A program made the translations under genes and the position numbers. Positions 11,229 to 24,064 of a DNA stretch of 64,000 nt are shown here, piece by piece. How positions within the stretch are numbered: the first letter of the stretch is position 1; each line of letters starts with the position of its first letter. The DNA is from Octopus vulgaris (taxonomy: Eukaryota): positions 5,208,001 to 5,272,000 of the forward strand of contig OX597822.1 of NCBI GenBank assembly GCA_951406725.2, written 5' to 3'. The notes beneath the pieces were generated by a model, which ran no database searches, was not told the origin of the DNA, and saw only the letters and a list, made by a program, of their open reading frames with translations.

Positions 11229-12599
11229 GTTAAAATGAAGTAATGTGGTATTTTACTGGCAAAATGCAGTAGCTACTTTTAATACAGTTAAGTTTGTGTT
11301 TGAGTGTGTTTGTGGTTGGGTCAGATCCAGTTGAGCAGATTCTATGGAACAATCCTCCAATGAGCTTTTCTAAAGTAAATATTATTATATCACTAAAAAT
11401 CATCAAAGGAGTTATTAAAGCAATAAATTAAGTTTACATCTATTACCAAAACAAAACAAAGCAAAAACAAACAAAAAAAAAACAGGAATAAAACATCAAC
11501 AATATTTTCTCTTTAGATTATGGTAATTGTTGTTGTTTTTGTAAGAACTTTAAACACAGAAACCAATTTTCCAACCATAATACTTCTGGAGCATCACTTC
11601 AGACCTAGTCACTCCCCCTATTACAGTAATAGACTATTCCTCTGGATTTGCCAGTTTTTGCACGTTTCATACACATTTTTTCTTCCATTCCAACAGACTC
11701 ACTTTTTGAGGGAATCTCTATGTGGTCACTGAATTTGCTTGAAATAACAGCTAAATTTCCTTCTATTCACAGGCTTATTGCCATTAAAAATGGATGGGGG
11801 TGGTGGATAATGTGGTCTGGGGTTTCCAGCACATGTAAAAAAGATGTGGTGGTCATGACTGGAGTGCATTTGTTCATATATCTATTTAATCAGAGTTGAC
11901 TTGGGTCTGAATAACAACCACACAATCATCTCATTCCAAAACTGGATCCTTCTACTCAGGTATTTTCATCTTTTCACTAATAATATTCAGACTCTTTCAG
12001 TTTGTCCCAGTTATCAACTAGCCCTAGATACATAGCTCCTATTTTCTATTATATTTTCACTCAAGTTCTCCAACTTACCCTAATGAATGGAAACAAAAAC
12101 AAAAGAGTCAAAACATGAAGAAACCCACCTAAAGAATATGATGTTGAAAAGAGAAGAAAAAAAAATAAAAAGAAAGCACTAAAGAAATATCAACACAATT
12201 TTCTTTCCTTTGGTTCAACATTTCCTGAATGTTTTAAGCACAAGATGTAAAGTGACAAATAGACATTTCTAGATCTCAAGGGAAGACACATACTTGATTA
12301 AAATTAAGATCAAATATACTTTGAAATAAGTATTTCAATGTTTCAATGAACACAACCTCTGTGTTGAGATATGTCAATAAATTCTCTTGTGTAAGCAACT
12401 TGTAAAACGAATAAATAAACAAACACAGACCACAAAGGAGGAAGTTGTGGTGCACACAGCAATTCATATTTTTAACTTTAGTACAAATATCATATATTTG
12501 TAGAGAAGTGCTAAAGTTGACTGGATTGACTCCTGTACATGACTGATAATTTACTTGATCTACCCTGAAGGCTTAAAGGAAGAAAAAAATTAGTTTTGG

Positions 12600-13470
12600 G
12601 GAACTAAATACTAAAAGGTCATTGCTGTGATAATAGCCATAACAACAATGGTGATGTCACCCTTCTCAGGGATATGCTCATTTACAGAGATGAAAAAGAT
12701 AAAAGCCAAAATGCTTGGCATTGTTATCGAGGACAAGAACAACAAGCAGCACCTACATGTGACACTGGCAATGGAATCTCAAAGAAATATTTCTGTGAAA
12801 GACACAGAGAATCTGACCAAGTACAAACACCTGTAGATCAAAATCAATGGGACGAGGAATATGGGAATATCAAATAATATCAGAAGACCTGTCAAGCCAA
12901 GTGATATCACAGTCATGGCTGATGCCAGTGTTGTGCAACTGGCACTCATTCCAGTGGCACATAAAAAAGCACCCTTCGAATCTTGGGCCTCACAGTGCCA
13001 GAGACAAGTGACCGAAACCTTTGGTAATATACCGTGCTTGAGAAGAAATGTCAAATCAAGTGAGATTGTTGTTGTGGCCAATGCTGGTGTTTCATAACTG
13101 GCACCCACACTGGTGGCATGTAGAAAACATCCACTAAACTCTTGGAGAGGTTGGTGTTAAGAAGGGCATCCAACAGTAGAAATCATACCAATCAGATCGA
13201 AACCTGGTGCAGCTCTCCAGCTTACCAGTTTTCAATCAAACCGTCCAACCCATGCCAGCATAGAAAACGGATGTTAAATAATGATGATGACGAGGACTCA
13301 TGGAAAAGCGAACGGAAAAATTAACAAACTGAATCCCACGTAACATCAATATGTACATAGTCCAGAAGAATTCCCTGTTGGAAACAACCCACATATTACA
13401 GAGAGTGCTGTCAATCAAGTATCTTCCTTGAGTACAACTGAGGGATTTATTTGAACCTGACTCTATGAGA
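12600..13470 (+). pseudogene. C-terminal remnant of a restriction-like-endonuclease non-LTR retrotransposon (R4/Dong-like), interrupted at ~12881-13292
   Basis: Translation: NGDVTLLRDMLIYRDE/KIKAKMLGIVIEDKNNK..QRNISVKDTENLTKYKHL*IKI, then after the insertion GLMEKRTEKLTN*IPRNINMYIVQKNSLLETTHILQRVLSIK. Matches the R4-type pattern (TILWD..IKANRPDIV..KE.EKL.KYKDL..IQK.ALLGT.HILR.VL). Confidence 0.75.
12881..13292 (+). mobile_element. RTE-derived 3'-end element with internal duplication and (GAT)n tail
   Basis: Contains the RTE ORF end LRILGLTVPETSDRNLW*YTVLEKKCQIK*, then GGTTGGTGTTAAGAAGGGCATCC..CCGTCCAACCCATGCCAGCAT..TTAAATAATGATGATG. Confidence 0.8.
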
Positions 13471-13499
13471 TGTAAAACAAGAAACATAAAAGGAATAAT

Positions 13500-14562
13500 A
13501 TTACTGATTCTAATACAGGCACAAGACCAGAAATTTGGAAGATGATGGTCAGTCAGTACAATCAACCCTAATAACTGACTCCAAAAGGATGAAGGGCAAA
13601 GTTGGTTTCAATGGGATTTAAACTCAAAGCACAACAAATACCATAAAGCATTTTTTCCAGTGCTTCAATGATTCTAATAATAATGATAATAATCCTTTCT
13701 ACTAAAGGTAGAAGGCTTGAAATTTTGGAGGAGGGGACTAGTGAATTACACCGACACTAGTGTTTCATCATCATTTAACATCTGCTTCCCATACTGGCAT
13801 GGGATGGACGGTTTGACTGAGGACTGGCAAAGCCAGGAGATGCACCAGGTTCCAATCTGATCTGACAACGTTTCTACAGCTGGATACCCTTCCTAACACC
13901 AACCACTCCAAGAGTGTACTGGGCACTTTTTACGTGCCACTAGCACAGGAGCCAGTCCAGTGGGACTGGCACCAACCACGTTCGAATGGTGCTTTTTACA
14001 TGCCACTGGCATGGGTGCCAGTTAGGTGGTACTGGTACCAGCCATGACAATGATTTCACTTGATTCAACAGGTCTTCTCAAGCACAGCATATTGCTCATT
14101 GATTGAAGGGTACTCTTAAATGGGCTGGTTATGTGACACTGGCATAGGTCGTGGCTACGATCTCACTTGGCTTGCCAGGTCTTCTTTCACTGGTACTTAA
14201 TTTATTGACCCCTAAAGGACAACAGGCAAGTCAACTATGGTGGAATTTGAATTCAGAACATAAAGATGGACAAAATGCCACTAAGCATTTTGCCCAGCAT
14301 GCTTATGATTCTACAAGCTCACTACCTTACATTAATGACAACAACAACAACAATAATAATTTGTTCAGTTATAGGCACAAGGTCTGAAATTTTGTGAGAG
14401 AGGGCAAGTTGATTATGATGATCCTTGCACTTACTTGGTTTTTATTTTTATTGACCCTAAAAAGATGAAAGACAAAGTCAACATAGGTAGAATTTGAACT
14501 CAGAATGTAAGGTGGATGAAATGCTGCTAAGCATTTTGTTTGGCATGCTAACAATTCTGCAG
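13500..14562 (-). mobile_element. Three tandem SINE-A copies; the middle one is interrupted by an RTE-derived element
   Basis: Copies at ~13505-13675, 13690-14328 (split) and 14360-14562, separated by AAT/AAC repeats. Confidence 0.8.
13768..14184 (-). mobile_element. RTE-derived 3'-end element with TTTCA target-site duplication
   Basis: TTTCA at 13763-13767 and 14185-14189. The SINE-A sequence GTGTTTCA|CTGGTACTT is restored if the insert is removed. Confidence 0.85.
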
Positions 14563-15115
14563 GCAGTGAAAATTATGACAAGGAATTACCAGAATGACAC
14601 AAGAGAGTGGTTTATGATTAAACTCATAAACTGGAGCAATTCAAATCCTCAAGAATTAAGAGTTGATTTTTGAAAACTGAAGCAAAGTTTTTCATGGAAT
14701 TTTTCTACTATATTCCTGACAAAACCAGCCTGTTATCTATAGATAGTTATACTGATACTGTGAATACAAGAATTATTATTTTAGAATAACTGAGAATATA
14801 ATTTCACTGAGAAGATATATTCAGAAGAAAATTTTAACATTGCCATTTAAAATTACCAATCTACGATCAGTTCCTAGTTTAGTGTGGTACCTCAGAAATA
14901 TATTTATCTCACCCATTTTTTTTTATATTTCTCAAACCATTAAAATATTTGCAGCAGATGGTTTTTACAATATTCAACTCGGTTCAATGTCAGTGATGAG
15001 TTATCAGTTAAAAAGCATTTAAATTGACATTATATATACTTACTACAGCAATTTCTCTACAAAGTGTGCTAGCAGCTATCATGTGAGATTGTATTCTGTA
15101 TGTTTTACATATAAT

Positions 15116-16858
15116 GTCAGTCAGTCATCCAGTGTTTTAAATCCATGTTTTGTCCCCATAAACAGGGGTGGCTGAATCTACTTCAATGCCATAGCAAATG
15201 CTCTCACACCATCTTGCCCTGTTTTGGGCATCCTCCCTTCTCAAGCCCCCCCCCCAATCTTCTCCTACAACTGTTCCCTAAACATTTTCTCAGTCTACCT
15301 CACTTTCTCAGTCCATTTACCTCAAACTCAAGCACTACCCTCAGCACATGCTCCTCATCCCTTCTCAATTCCATTTGCCCATGCCAGCTGTTCCACCAAT
15401 TCCTCCAGCCCCAGCATCCCTATGAAGTCCTTAGTCTTCATCTCATCAAACAACTTCACTCCACACATTTCTCTCACCATTGCACTCTCGGCCCTTCTCA
15501 AAATTGCCATCTCTCTTTCCCTTAAACACCATGTCTTACTCCCATACAGCATTGCAGCTTTCACGCAACTCCTATAGACCCTTCCTTTCATCTTCAATGA
15601 GCACCTTATCCCACCTAACAACACTCCACATTCCCTGAACTTCACCCAGCCAAGTCTTGCTCTTGCCGTCACAGCTGCTTCACATCCACCACTTACATCT
15701 GTCCTATTTCCCAAATAACAAAACCCTTTCACCATTTCCACCTCGTCACATAGCATTTCTAATAGTTTTACCAGCCCTCCAGCCCCTTTCTCACACCTTC
15801 CTTACACAAACTCTCTTGCCAGTTTTGGGGTTACCTTCTTCATTTTCATACATCTACCATGAATCCATTTCTCACATCTCGTACACAAAACTGTATTTGC
15901 CATTACCCACCTCCCACATACACCACATGGATTCACCTTACTTTCTAACACTTCTCCTTCCATCCTGCTCACTATCACCTTTGTCTTCCTTGAGATTTAC
16001 CTTCAAACCCCTGCTTTCAAATGCCTCTTTCCATTTCCAAAACTTCTCCCTCAATCCCTCCATCATCTCACTCATCAGAACAAGGTCTTCTGCATATAGA
16101 ATCTCCATAATCAATCCCTCTCTTGCACTCTCCGTCATCACATCAACCAATATTGCAAACAACGGTGACAACATAGATCCCTGATGAACACCAACTTACC
16201 CCACAAATTCCTCCGACAGCTCTGATCCAATTCTACTCTTGTCTTTACCCCCTCATTCAAACTTATCACTGCCCTCACTATTATCTCAAGAACCTACTCT
16301 CTTCTTTAATGCCCACTCAATCACCTTCCTTGGAACCCTATCAAATGCCTTCTCTAGATCAACAAAATACATGTATAACCCCTTCTCCTTATCTCGGTAT
16401 TCTTATAATCTCCTTATAATGAACACTGCATCTTTAGTCCCCCTTCCTTGCATAAAACCAAATTGCATCTCATCCACATCCACCCCTTTCCGAATTCTCC
16501 TCTCCAACACCCTTGCCACTATCTTCATTGCCTGCTCCAATAACTTCACTCCCCTATATGCTCCACAACCCATCACATCCCCTTTCCCCTTGAAGATCGG
16601 TACCACCACACTTAGTGCCCAATCATCTGGCATCCCTCTTCCTTCCAGCACACCCTGGCAGTGCTCCATCATCTCCACAATCCCTATCTCTCCACTTGCA
16701 GTTACCATTTCCACACTTACTTCTGATGGACCAGCCACCTTTCCTGTTTTCATTTCCTTCATTGCCTCCACTACTTCTTCCAGACTAACCCTCTCCACAG
16801 CAACCTCCACCTTCTGATCCCATTCATTCTCCTCGTTCGTAATTCTCTCCTTATACTC
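15116..16858 (-). mobile_element. 5'-truncated RTE-clade LINE (RT domain to 3' end), frameshifted
   Basis: Minus ORFs 16403-16810 (..MPDDWALSVVVPIFKGKGD..YRGVKLL..QFGFMQGRGTKDAVF), 15938-16174 (LSPLLF..EILYAEDLVL) and 15355-15756 (FCYLG..VYRSCVKAAMLYGSKTW). (GACT)n tail at 15116-15128. The YADD motif is altered to YAED. Confidence 0.95.
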
Positions 16859-17423
16859 AAATTACAATATTCTACAATGTTTGAAGCACAGTGTTTATCT
16901 TAAAAACACTTTACAGTTACATGGATAATCTGGCCTGTTTGCCACAGAAAAGCATGTTAACTAGTCTCATACAGTAAGCAGTATGGAAATTTGAAATAAG
17001 CTAACTCATTAAAGGATTAACAAAATGTAAACCAATTAATCTAGAAGAAGTTAAAAATCCAACAGAAGTAATAGGAGTCAACAAGTGCAATTGCTGTATG
17101 ATGCAGAAAGTCTCTTTGCTTTACCACTGTTGCACACACACACACACACACAGATTCATTTTTCACTAGTTTCCTGAGGTTCAAGAATTCTACCCTTAGA
17201 CTTGATTAACTTTGTCAAGCAGTTTACAGAATTTAAAACAATCCATGAGAAAAGTTACTTCCAAATGTATTGCTCCAGTATGGTATGATAGCCAATAAAC
17301 AAGTCTGGCAGGTATTTTCATATTTTTCAGATGATGTAATGATACTGCTAGAAATAGTGGCGGTCATAGTGATAGCAGTAGTATCACTATTTAAGCTTCA
17401 TACAGACAGGTATATATATATAA

Positions 17424-17456
<33 letters not shown>

Positions 17457-17460
<4 letters not shown>

Positions 17461-17846
17461 TATAAAAGGGCTTAGTAAAAGGGCTTCCCAAATCCGAATC
17501 AAGGAGTTCTGAGCTGACGAAAGAAATGTCGATTTGACTAATCTAGAAACGTACGTTCTCAAATAACCTTTGCATTTGTGATTTTTTAATGTCTTTACCC
17601 CCATACCTTCGTGAGTTGGTTTGAGCAAACACTATCTGAGAGAGATTTTCTTTAAGTATTAGAAATAGTTTAAAAAAAAATTTTTTAGCTGCTATTTCTA
17701 ATGAGTTCAGTATGTGGCAAAGTAATTTATTTTACTAAGCCCTTTTATATAATGTAATATTTTGAATTCGCCTTAAATGGTCCCTTTGCATACTGAATAC
17801 TTGGTGAAATTGATTAATAATTAATTAATTTTACCCTCAATTGTTG

Positions 17847-17851
<5 letters not shown>
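17457..17851 (+). mobile_element. Penelope-like element (pLTR) fragment inserted in (TA)n
   Basis: Flanked by TA repeats. Carries a minimal hammerhead motif and a perfect 24-bp inverted copy of an internal segment at its 5' end (17457-17480 vs 17730-17753). Confidence 0.65.
17510..17561 (+). ncRNA. Minimal type I hammerhead ribozyme motif
   Basis: TGAG-CTGACGA-[AAGAAATGTC GATTT GACTAATCTA]-GAAA-C GTAC G-T-T-CTCA. Stem I is TGAG/CTCA, the core CUGANGA and GAAA is intact, stem III is palindromic ACGTACGT, and the cleavage triplet is GUU. Stem II is partly mismatched. Confidence 0.65.
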
Positions 17852-17888
<37 letters not shown>

Positions 17889-20800
17889 TAAACAGATAGA
17901 TAGGTAGATAGATAAATATTTACACAAACATACATAAACAGATAGATAGATAGATAAATATATACACAAACACAGACACACACACACATATATATATGAC
18001 ATAATCCCAAAAGTGGTCCGCTAGAACATCACAGCATTTGTTGATGAAGTGACAAAGTAGACAATGAAGCAGTTAAATAGTCATTATAGAAGACACATTG
18101 ATGAATCAGTTTCATCCACTGCTCAGCGATGCCTTAGCTGTAGCGCCAAACTGTACCGATTGTAATTTCCACAAGAGATAATCAACGTCTATTTGGATAA
18201 CATCACAGGTTTACATCAAAGCTTGCATGGCATCTTGCCAAATATGTACACTGGATATTGTTCTTTTTGTCTGTTGCATTACAGTAGAAACTTTTCAATA
18301 GCCTTCAATTTATTTCGCTATTTCCTTTACTAACATTGCTATTTCAATTATAGTACATAAAAATAATTTTCATAATCATCATGCACATTACTTATCTCAG
18401 ATTCTAGCACCTAGTCTTTTCACTTATATACATATATTTACTACTTTAGTACTCTGTCTCCTGTAATATACTCTACCTGTTCTTCACAATAATTTTACCT
18501 CATTATTAGCTCACCCATCTTATATCATACTTTCTTTACTTTCCATATTCTTCATACCTATTTAAAGTCTGTCTGCAAAGTATGATACACTGTAAAATTT
18601 ATATTCCATTTTGAAGAAATGAGAATGTAAAAATGTAATCAACACAAGTTAGAATCAACATACGTATACATCTATTATGGATACTAGAGGCTGGGGACTA
18701 GTGCTATCACAATTTTTAACCAGGGATAATTACAGTTACCAATGTAATAAGATTAATCACAAATGGTTTAGCCCAAAGTGCCGATGCCATCATACTATGC
18801 TTCAAATGTTGTACATACTTGTGGCCAAGAAACTTAAACTTCCTGATCCTATTATTCTTAATTGTAAATAAATTACTTTGGAGTATGATAAAGCTTACCA
18901 TGAAGCAAGTGGGAACACTATAATTAATGAGTGTTTCATTAGCTTTTCAATGTTGGCTTCAAGTCCTACCAGTCAAACAAAGACAAACATAATGCATTCA
19001 AGCGAACTAGCTCATGAAATCACTGTAAATGATTGATATAGAAAGTTTCTAGACATAATATGATTTTCAAAAGCCTAAAATATAAAATCTGAAACTAGTA
19101 TACCTCAAATACCACAATTTTCAGTTCCACCTCTCCTCAGAACTTTAGTAACATAAATAGGTCAGTGCCAAACTGAGTGAGAATTGAAATCAAGTCATAA
19201 ATTTACTTGTCTGCTGACTTATCACGCAACTTCATGGTAAATAAATTGTGATTTCTAAGAAGAGATATCAAAGCCTGTAAGCGTTGATTTGTTCACTTGA
19301 TTTATTTATAAAGTGAAAGTGGTTTTGTTTTTGTGTCTCCCCCCACCAGTTATCCTTCATAAACTTTACTATATTTCTCAGTATATTACTCTGTACTTAC
19401 ATTATCAACTCTAGGAAAGACGAAAATGTTAACCCTGACATAAGTCTAAATCAATGAAAGAATCAATACTGCCAGGTTATATCAATTTCTCCCTCTCTCT
19501 CTCTGTGTCTCTCTCTCTCTGTCTCTCTCTCTCTTTCACACACACACACACATTCCCTATATATATTTCACATACCAAAATATATACACACAAACACACA
19601 CGGATACAGAAATATTTATATGCACACATATAAACAGTAACATACATTAACTATTCACACATTATAAAGATGGAATCTATCACAAATTTAATAACCTTTA
19701 CTTGTCTACAAAAGCTTATAGCTCTCTCTCTCCCCAACTGTATATATCCTCACAACTTAAATGCATAGTTGTAAAAGACATTGAAAAATGCTTCCTTATA
19801 TTAAAATATATTAGCCACAAACACTGTATGTAAAATAAGTTTGTTGTACACGTATACATATTATGTGTGTAGTCCTCATATATATATACATATATATATA
19901 CATATTTATTTCCATTATTTCTCCTCTCCACCAACACCAAGTGGCTTTTCTAAAGCCAGGTCACAAGGTGTAAGAAAGACATTAAGAAAGCCAGAGAAAC
20001 AAGTTAAACAACTGACAGGAATGATGCCAATATTTCAGTTACTGAAGAATTGGTGAATGGAAAAAAACAAAAAAAAAAAAAAACAAAACACTTTTAGTAA
20101 TGTTGCATGAACAATAACAAATACTAACAGGCAGAGAAAGAGAGAAGACAAAAGCGTTGTTGCATTCAAAGAACGACAAGTATCATATCTAACCTGACCC
20201 CCACTGCTGACCAAACAAACCACTTTACTACCTTTCTTTCCAGGAGGTTAGCAAATTTTTAAAATTTCCTCCCGCTCCTCCTCTTCTTCATTGAACTACT
20301 AATGTTATTATTATTATTATTTAATGCCACATAGAACGTCACGTGTTATTGCAGTATGTCACATTCTTTGCAATCATTTTTCTTTCACTTATGAAGTTCC
20401 TAACATGGTTATCAACAATAATGTTTTATTTGCTTGCCTTCTCCCTGCCACGTTTTGTTTATCCCTGAATCTTTGACTAAAAGGCATATTTTTGTTATTT
20501 AATTTAATTATTTTCCAGGCATAGTTTGATACTGCATACAATTTTTCAAGTTCTTTGAGATTATAATGTGATTTTGATAGTGACTACCACTGTATTTCTG
20601 ATAATTTAATCCTTTTGAAATAACTGTACACATAAACATATTTTAGTTCAAAATATCTAATGTATGTTGTTACAGCACCATTCTCAATCAGTTAATCTGC
20701 ATGTAGATGTCACAATATTCAAAATACATCAGCTGTTGTTTTCTTTTTAATTTTTTTTCAGGGAGTGGTTGGGTGAGAGGGTGGTGGTGATTTATTTTCT

Positions 20801-21079
20801 AATTCTCAGTATGTTCATAAAATATTGTGCTACATTCATCTCCACCACCCCAAATATTACCAAGAGAAATTATGTAACTTACAACTATTGTAATGAATAA
20901 AGAGAAGGCAGCTGTAATTAAGTGGTAGCATAATGAATGGGGAAAAAGAAGTTTGTAGCTTAATACTATTGTTGAATAAACAATACAAGATATTGTATAC
21001 ATATCAGATCACAAATAGATAAAACCACACATTTTAAAACAGCTAGGATTAAATTTAAATTGTTTAGTATGTCTACATA

Positions 21080-21428
21080 TATCTTCTATCTCTTGTTTGT
21101 TTCAATCATTAAACTGAGGCCATGCTGGGGCAAAACCCTGAGGAATTTTTAGTCAGATGAATTGGCCCCAGTAATTATATTTTCTTTTAAGCCTGGTACT
21201 TACTCTATCAGTCTCTTTTGCCAAACTGACCGCAAAGTTACAGAGATGTAAACAAACCAACACTCACACACACACACTAATATATATATATCCGACAGAC
21301 TTCCTTCCATTTCTATCTACCAAATCCACTTACAAGACTTTGCTTGACCTACACAATGGGACTGAACCCAGGACCATGTTGTTGGGAAGCAAGCTCCTTA
21401 GAAAATAGCCACACCCCACACCTGCACC
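21080..21428 (-). mobile_element. SINE-B
   Basis: Reverse complement of the 26937-27325 family (CATGCTGG..TCTCTTTTGCCAAAC..TCTACCAAATCCACT..GGGACTGAACCC). Confidence 0.8.
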
Positions 21429-21532
21429 TGATGTGTTTGTTATAATTAATGTAATATAGTCCTGACACACACTGAGTCCTACCTCTGACAAGATCAAACC
21501 AGTTCCTTTATTTACTGTCTCAAGCGTTCAAA

Positions 21533-21830
21533 GTGAATGGCACTTGTGGAGGTGAGAGGTCAAGGAGGATTTGGAATAAAGCGGTGAAGAATGATCTCAG
21601 GTTATTACAACTCAAAAGAGATGACAAACGCAACCTAACTAAAGCTGCTGCCATGATAAATGGCACTCAATACACTCTGGTGACTGAGCAGAAACCTTGT
21701 AGGGTCAGGAGAACCATACTGTCTTTGTCTTATGAACATGACAACCTTTCTAGTGCGGGTGTGATAAAATGCACCTGGCACATTCCATATGCCAACTGGT
21801 GTCAGGTGAAGCATTCAGCCATAGAAGCCG
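21533..21830 (+). mobile_element. Degenerate RTE LINE 3' end (ORF C-terminus plus 3' UTR pieces)
   Basis: VNGTCGGERSRRIWNKAVKNDLRLLQL resembles the RTE C-terminal V.G...RGRP.K.W...VK.DL motif; followed by GCAC..TACACTCTG..TGGTGTCAGG..GCATTCAGCCATAGAA. Confidence 0.65.
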
Positions 21831-22077
21831 TACTAAAGTGTGATATACATGTGAGGTAGGGTCCCTTAGCCACACTTCATTAACATTAACAGAGCAATAA
21901 ATCTGAATAAGAAACAACTAACAATCCATGGAAATCAGATGTGATTTCACTGCTGAGGAGGATGACTTGCAGTACCAAGGCTGCACTTACAGTTTTACCA
22001 ATTCCTTCCTAAACCGCCTTATCTAATTTCTAACCTTTGGATTCTCATTTTCAAAGTTAAAATTTCAACCTTTTTAA

Positions 22078-22297
22078 CCCTTTTGTTACCATATTTTTGT
22101 TGAAATGCTCTGTGTTTCTTTCAATTATTTAAAATATAACAAAGAATTTAGTAAAATAACTTAGTCATCATTGAGCTAGTGTTAGGAGCATAAATTGTGA
22201 CTAAGGTTTCATGGAAGATTTTAATTCAAAACTTATGAAAACAAGACATTTTACCACAGAGCCAGAGCCAGTTTCAGCTGGGTTAGTATCAAAAGGG
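22078..22297. mobile_element. piggyBac-like MITE, family E
   Basis: TTAA TSDs at 22074-22077 and 22298-22301; termini CCCTTTTGTTAC / GTATCAAAAGGG. Confidence 0.85.
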
Positions 22298-23344
22298 TTA
22301 ACTCTTTATAGATATATTTAGTACTGACAGTCCGTGTTGTATACCGGTATTAGGCCATTCAGTAACTACATAATTTTTCACACAAGGAATTTTATATTGT
22401 ATTTCCAGATTCTTCTCTGTGTGGAATATTTGAAAACATGGTGCTGCACTGAGACATCGCACTGCTCACATACACAATGTTTCAATGCAGTTAGTACTGC
22501 TTCCCATCTGCAAGAGGTTAATCTCAACAACTTAATGGAAGTGAGGCTACCTGCTAGACACTTTTAATGAAACCAGACACTTCTACAGTTTTTAAACATA
22601 ATAGAGGTGTTGTTGCTGTTGTTTGAGACTAAAGGAAAACAAAAACAAATACCTAAATATATTGATTGCTATATTCAAAAAATAATGACACTTGGTAAAA
22701 AATTTAGCTATTATTTTTACAATTTAATGAGAAAACAAAATGATAAACAATTAAAAAATGCACTTTTCAGGCATACTTTAATGATGTTCTTTCTTTCTTT
22801 GTACTCTAATCTTTAGATTTAAATTAAAATTACAGAGTGATTCTAGATTCAGGTCTTAAAAAGAAAAAAAAAAAATTACATAAATTTGAAATTACTGTGA
22901 TCTTTTAATTCCTTAGTGAGATAAAATATGTGTGTGGGTGTGTGTTGTGAGTTTTTACTCGCCAATAACATACAGATAGATTTTTTTTTAAAAACCTGCT
23001 TCAGTCTGATATTGCTTTCTAATTTATTTCTATCAATGGTTATGATAAAGATAATAATAGGGATTTATTTTCTAAATTATTACCGATAATGATAACAATA
23101 ACAATTATGGCAATGCTGACAATGATATCTTTTGACAAAAGACAAGGATCAATTAAATTGATTGCACTATATTAGAGATATTTTATTAACTATATAGAGA
23201 TGAAAAGCCTAAATTAAATTCGGAACAATGAGAAGCTTAACTTTTGTATGCTATAAAGAATACATGGCTGATTTCCTACTGAGTCTACCAAACACACTGA
23301 TTAATGAAACAAAAAATTAAAAAAAAAATAAAATAAAAAAGTTT

Positions 23345-23770
23345 TTCATTAAGCACAAGACCAGAAATTTGGAGGAAAACGTATTAGTTGATACTATTGA
23401 TTTCGGTACTGAACAAGTACTTATTTCTGTAGTTCTCAGAAGGACAGAAGGTAAAACTGACCAAAGCTATATTTGAATTCAGAATGTAAAGAGTTAGAAG
23501 TTTCCAATGTTCCAACAGTTCTGCAAATCCACAACCTTAAAAATAAAAATGGTCTCAACTTTTGACATGAAGGTAGCAATTTTAAGGGTGGGGATTCAAG
23601 TCAATTATATTAACTCCAGTGTTCAATTGGCACTTATTTTATGAACCTGAAAAGGATAAAGGGCAAAGTTGAAGGGGAGCATGGTTTGAACTTAAAATAT
23701 CAAGTGCTGGAACAAATATCACACAGCTTTTTCTCCAATGCTCTAATAATTCTGCAAATCCACTGCTCTA
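23345..23770 (-). mobile_element. Two tandem degenerate SINE-A copies
   Basis: Same motif set as the 12-2080 cluster; TTCTGCAAATCCAC is repeated at the end of each copy. Confidence 0.7.
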
Positions 23771-24064
23771 AGAATAAACACAATAAAAATAGTAATAATA
23801 ATAATAATAATAATAATAGTAATGATAAAAATGAAACTAATAATAATAGCAAAGACAATAATATAGATTCCTAATTTTGGAACATTTTGGTGCACTTGGT
23901 TATATCATGGGATTGCTTTATATCAACCCTAAGTATTTAACAGGGATTGATATTAAAAGACCCTACAAAGTCTTAATTATCATAATTTATCATTTTCCTA
24001 TGATACAAAATGCTAAGTGAAAATTGATATAAAGGGAAATAACCCAATCAACCATTAACATTCT

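Noticed and set aside
15145-16817. Long plus-strand ORFs (126, 117, 175 and 192 aa)
   Set aside because: Antisense shadows of the minus-strand RTE ORF.
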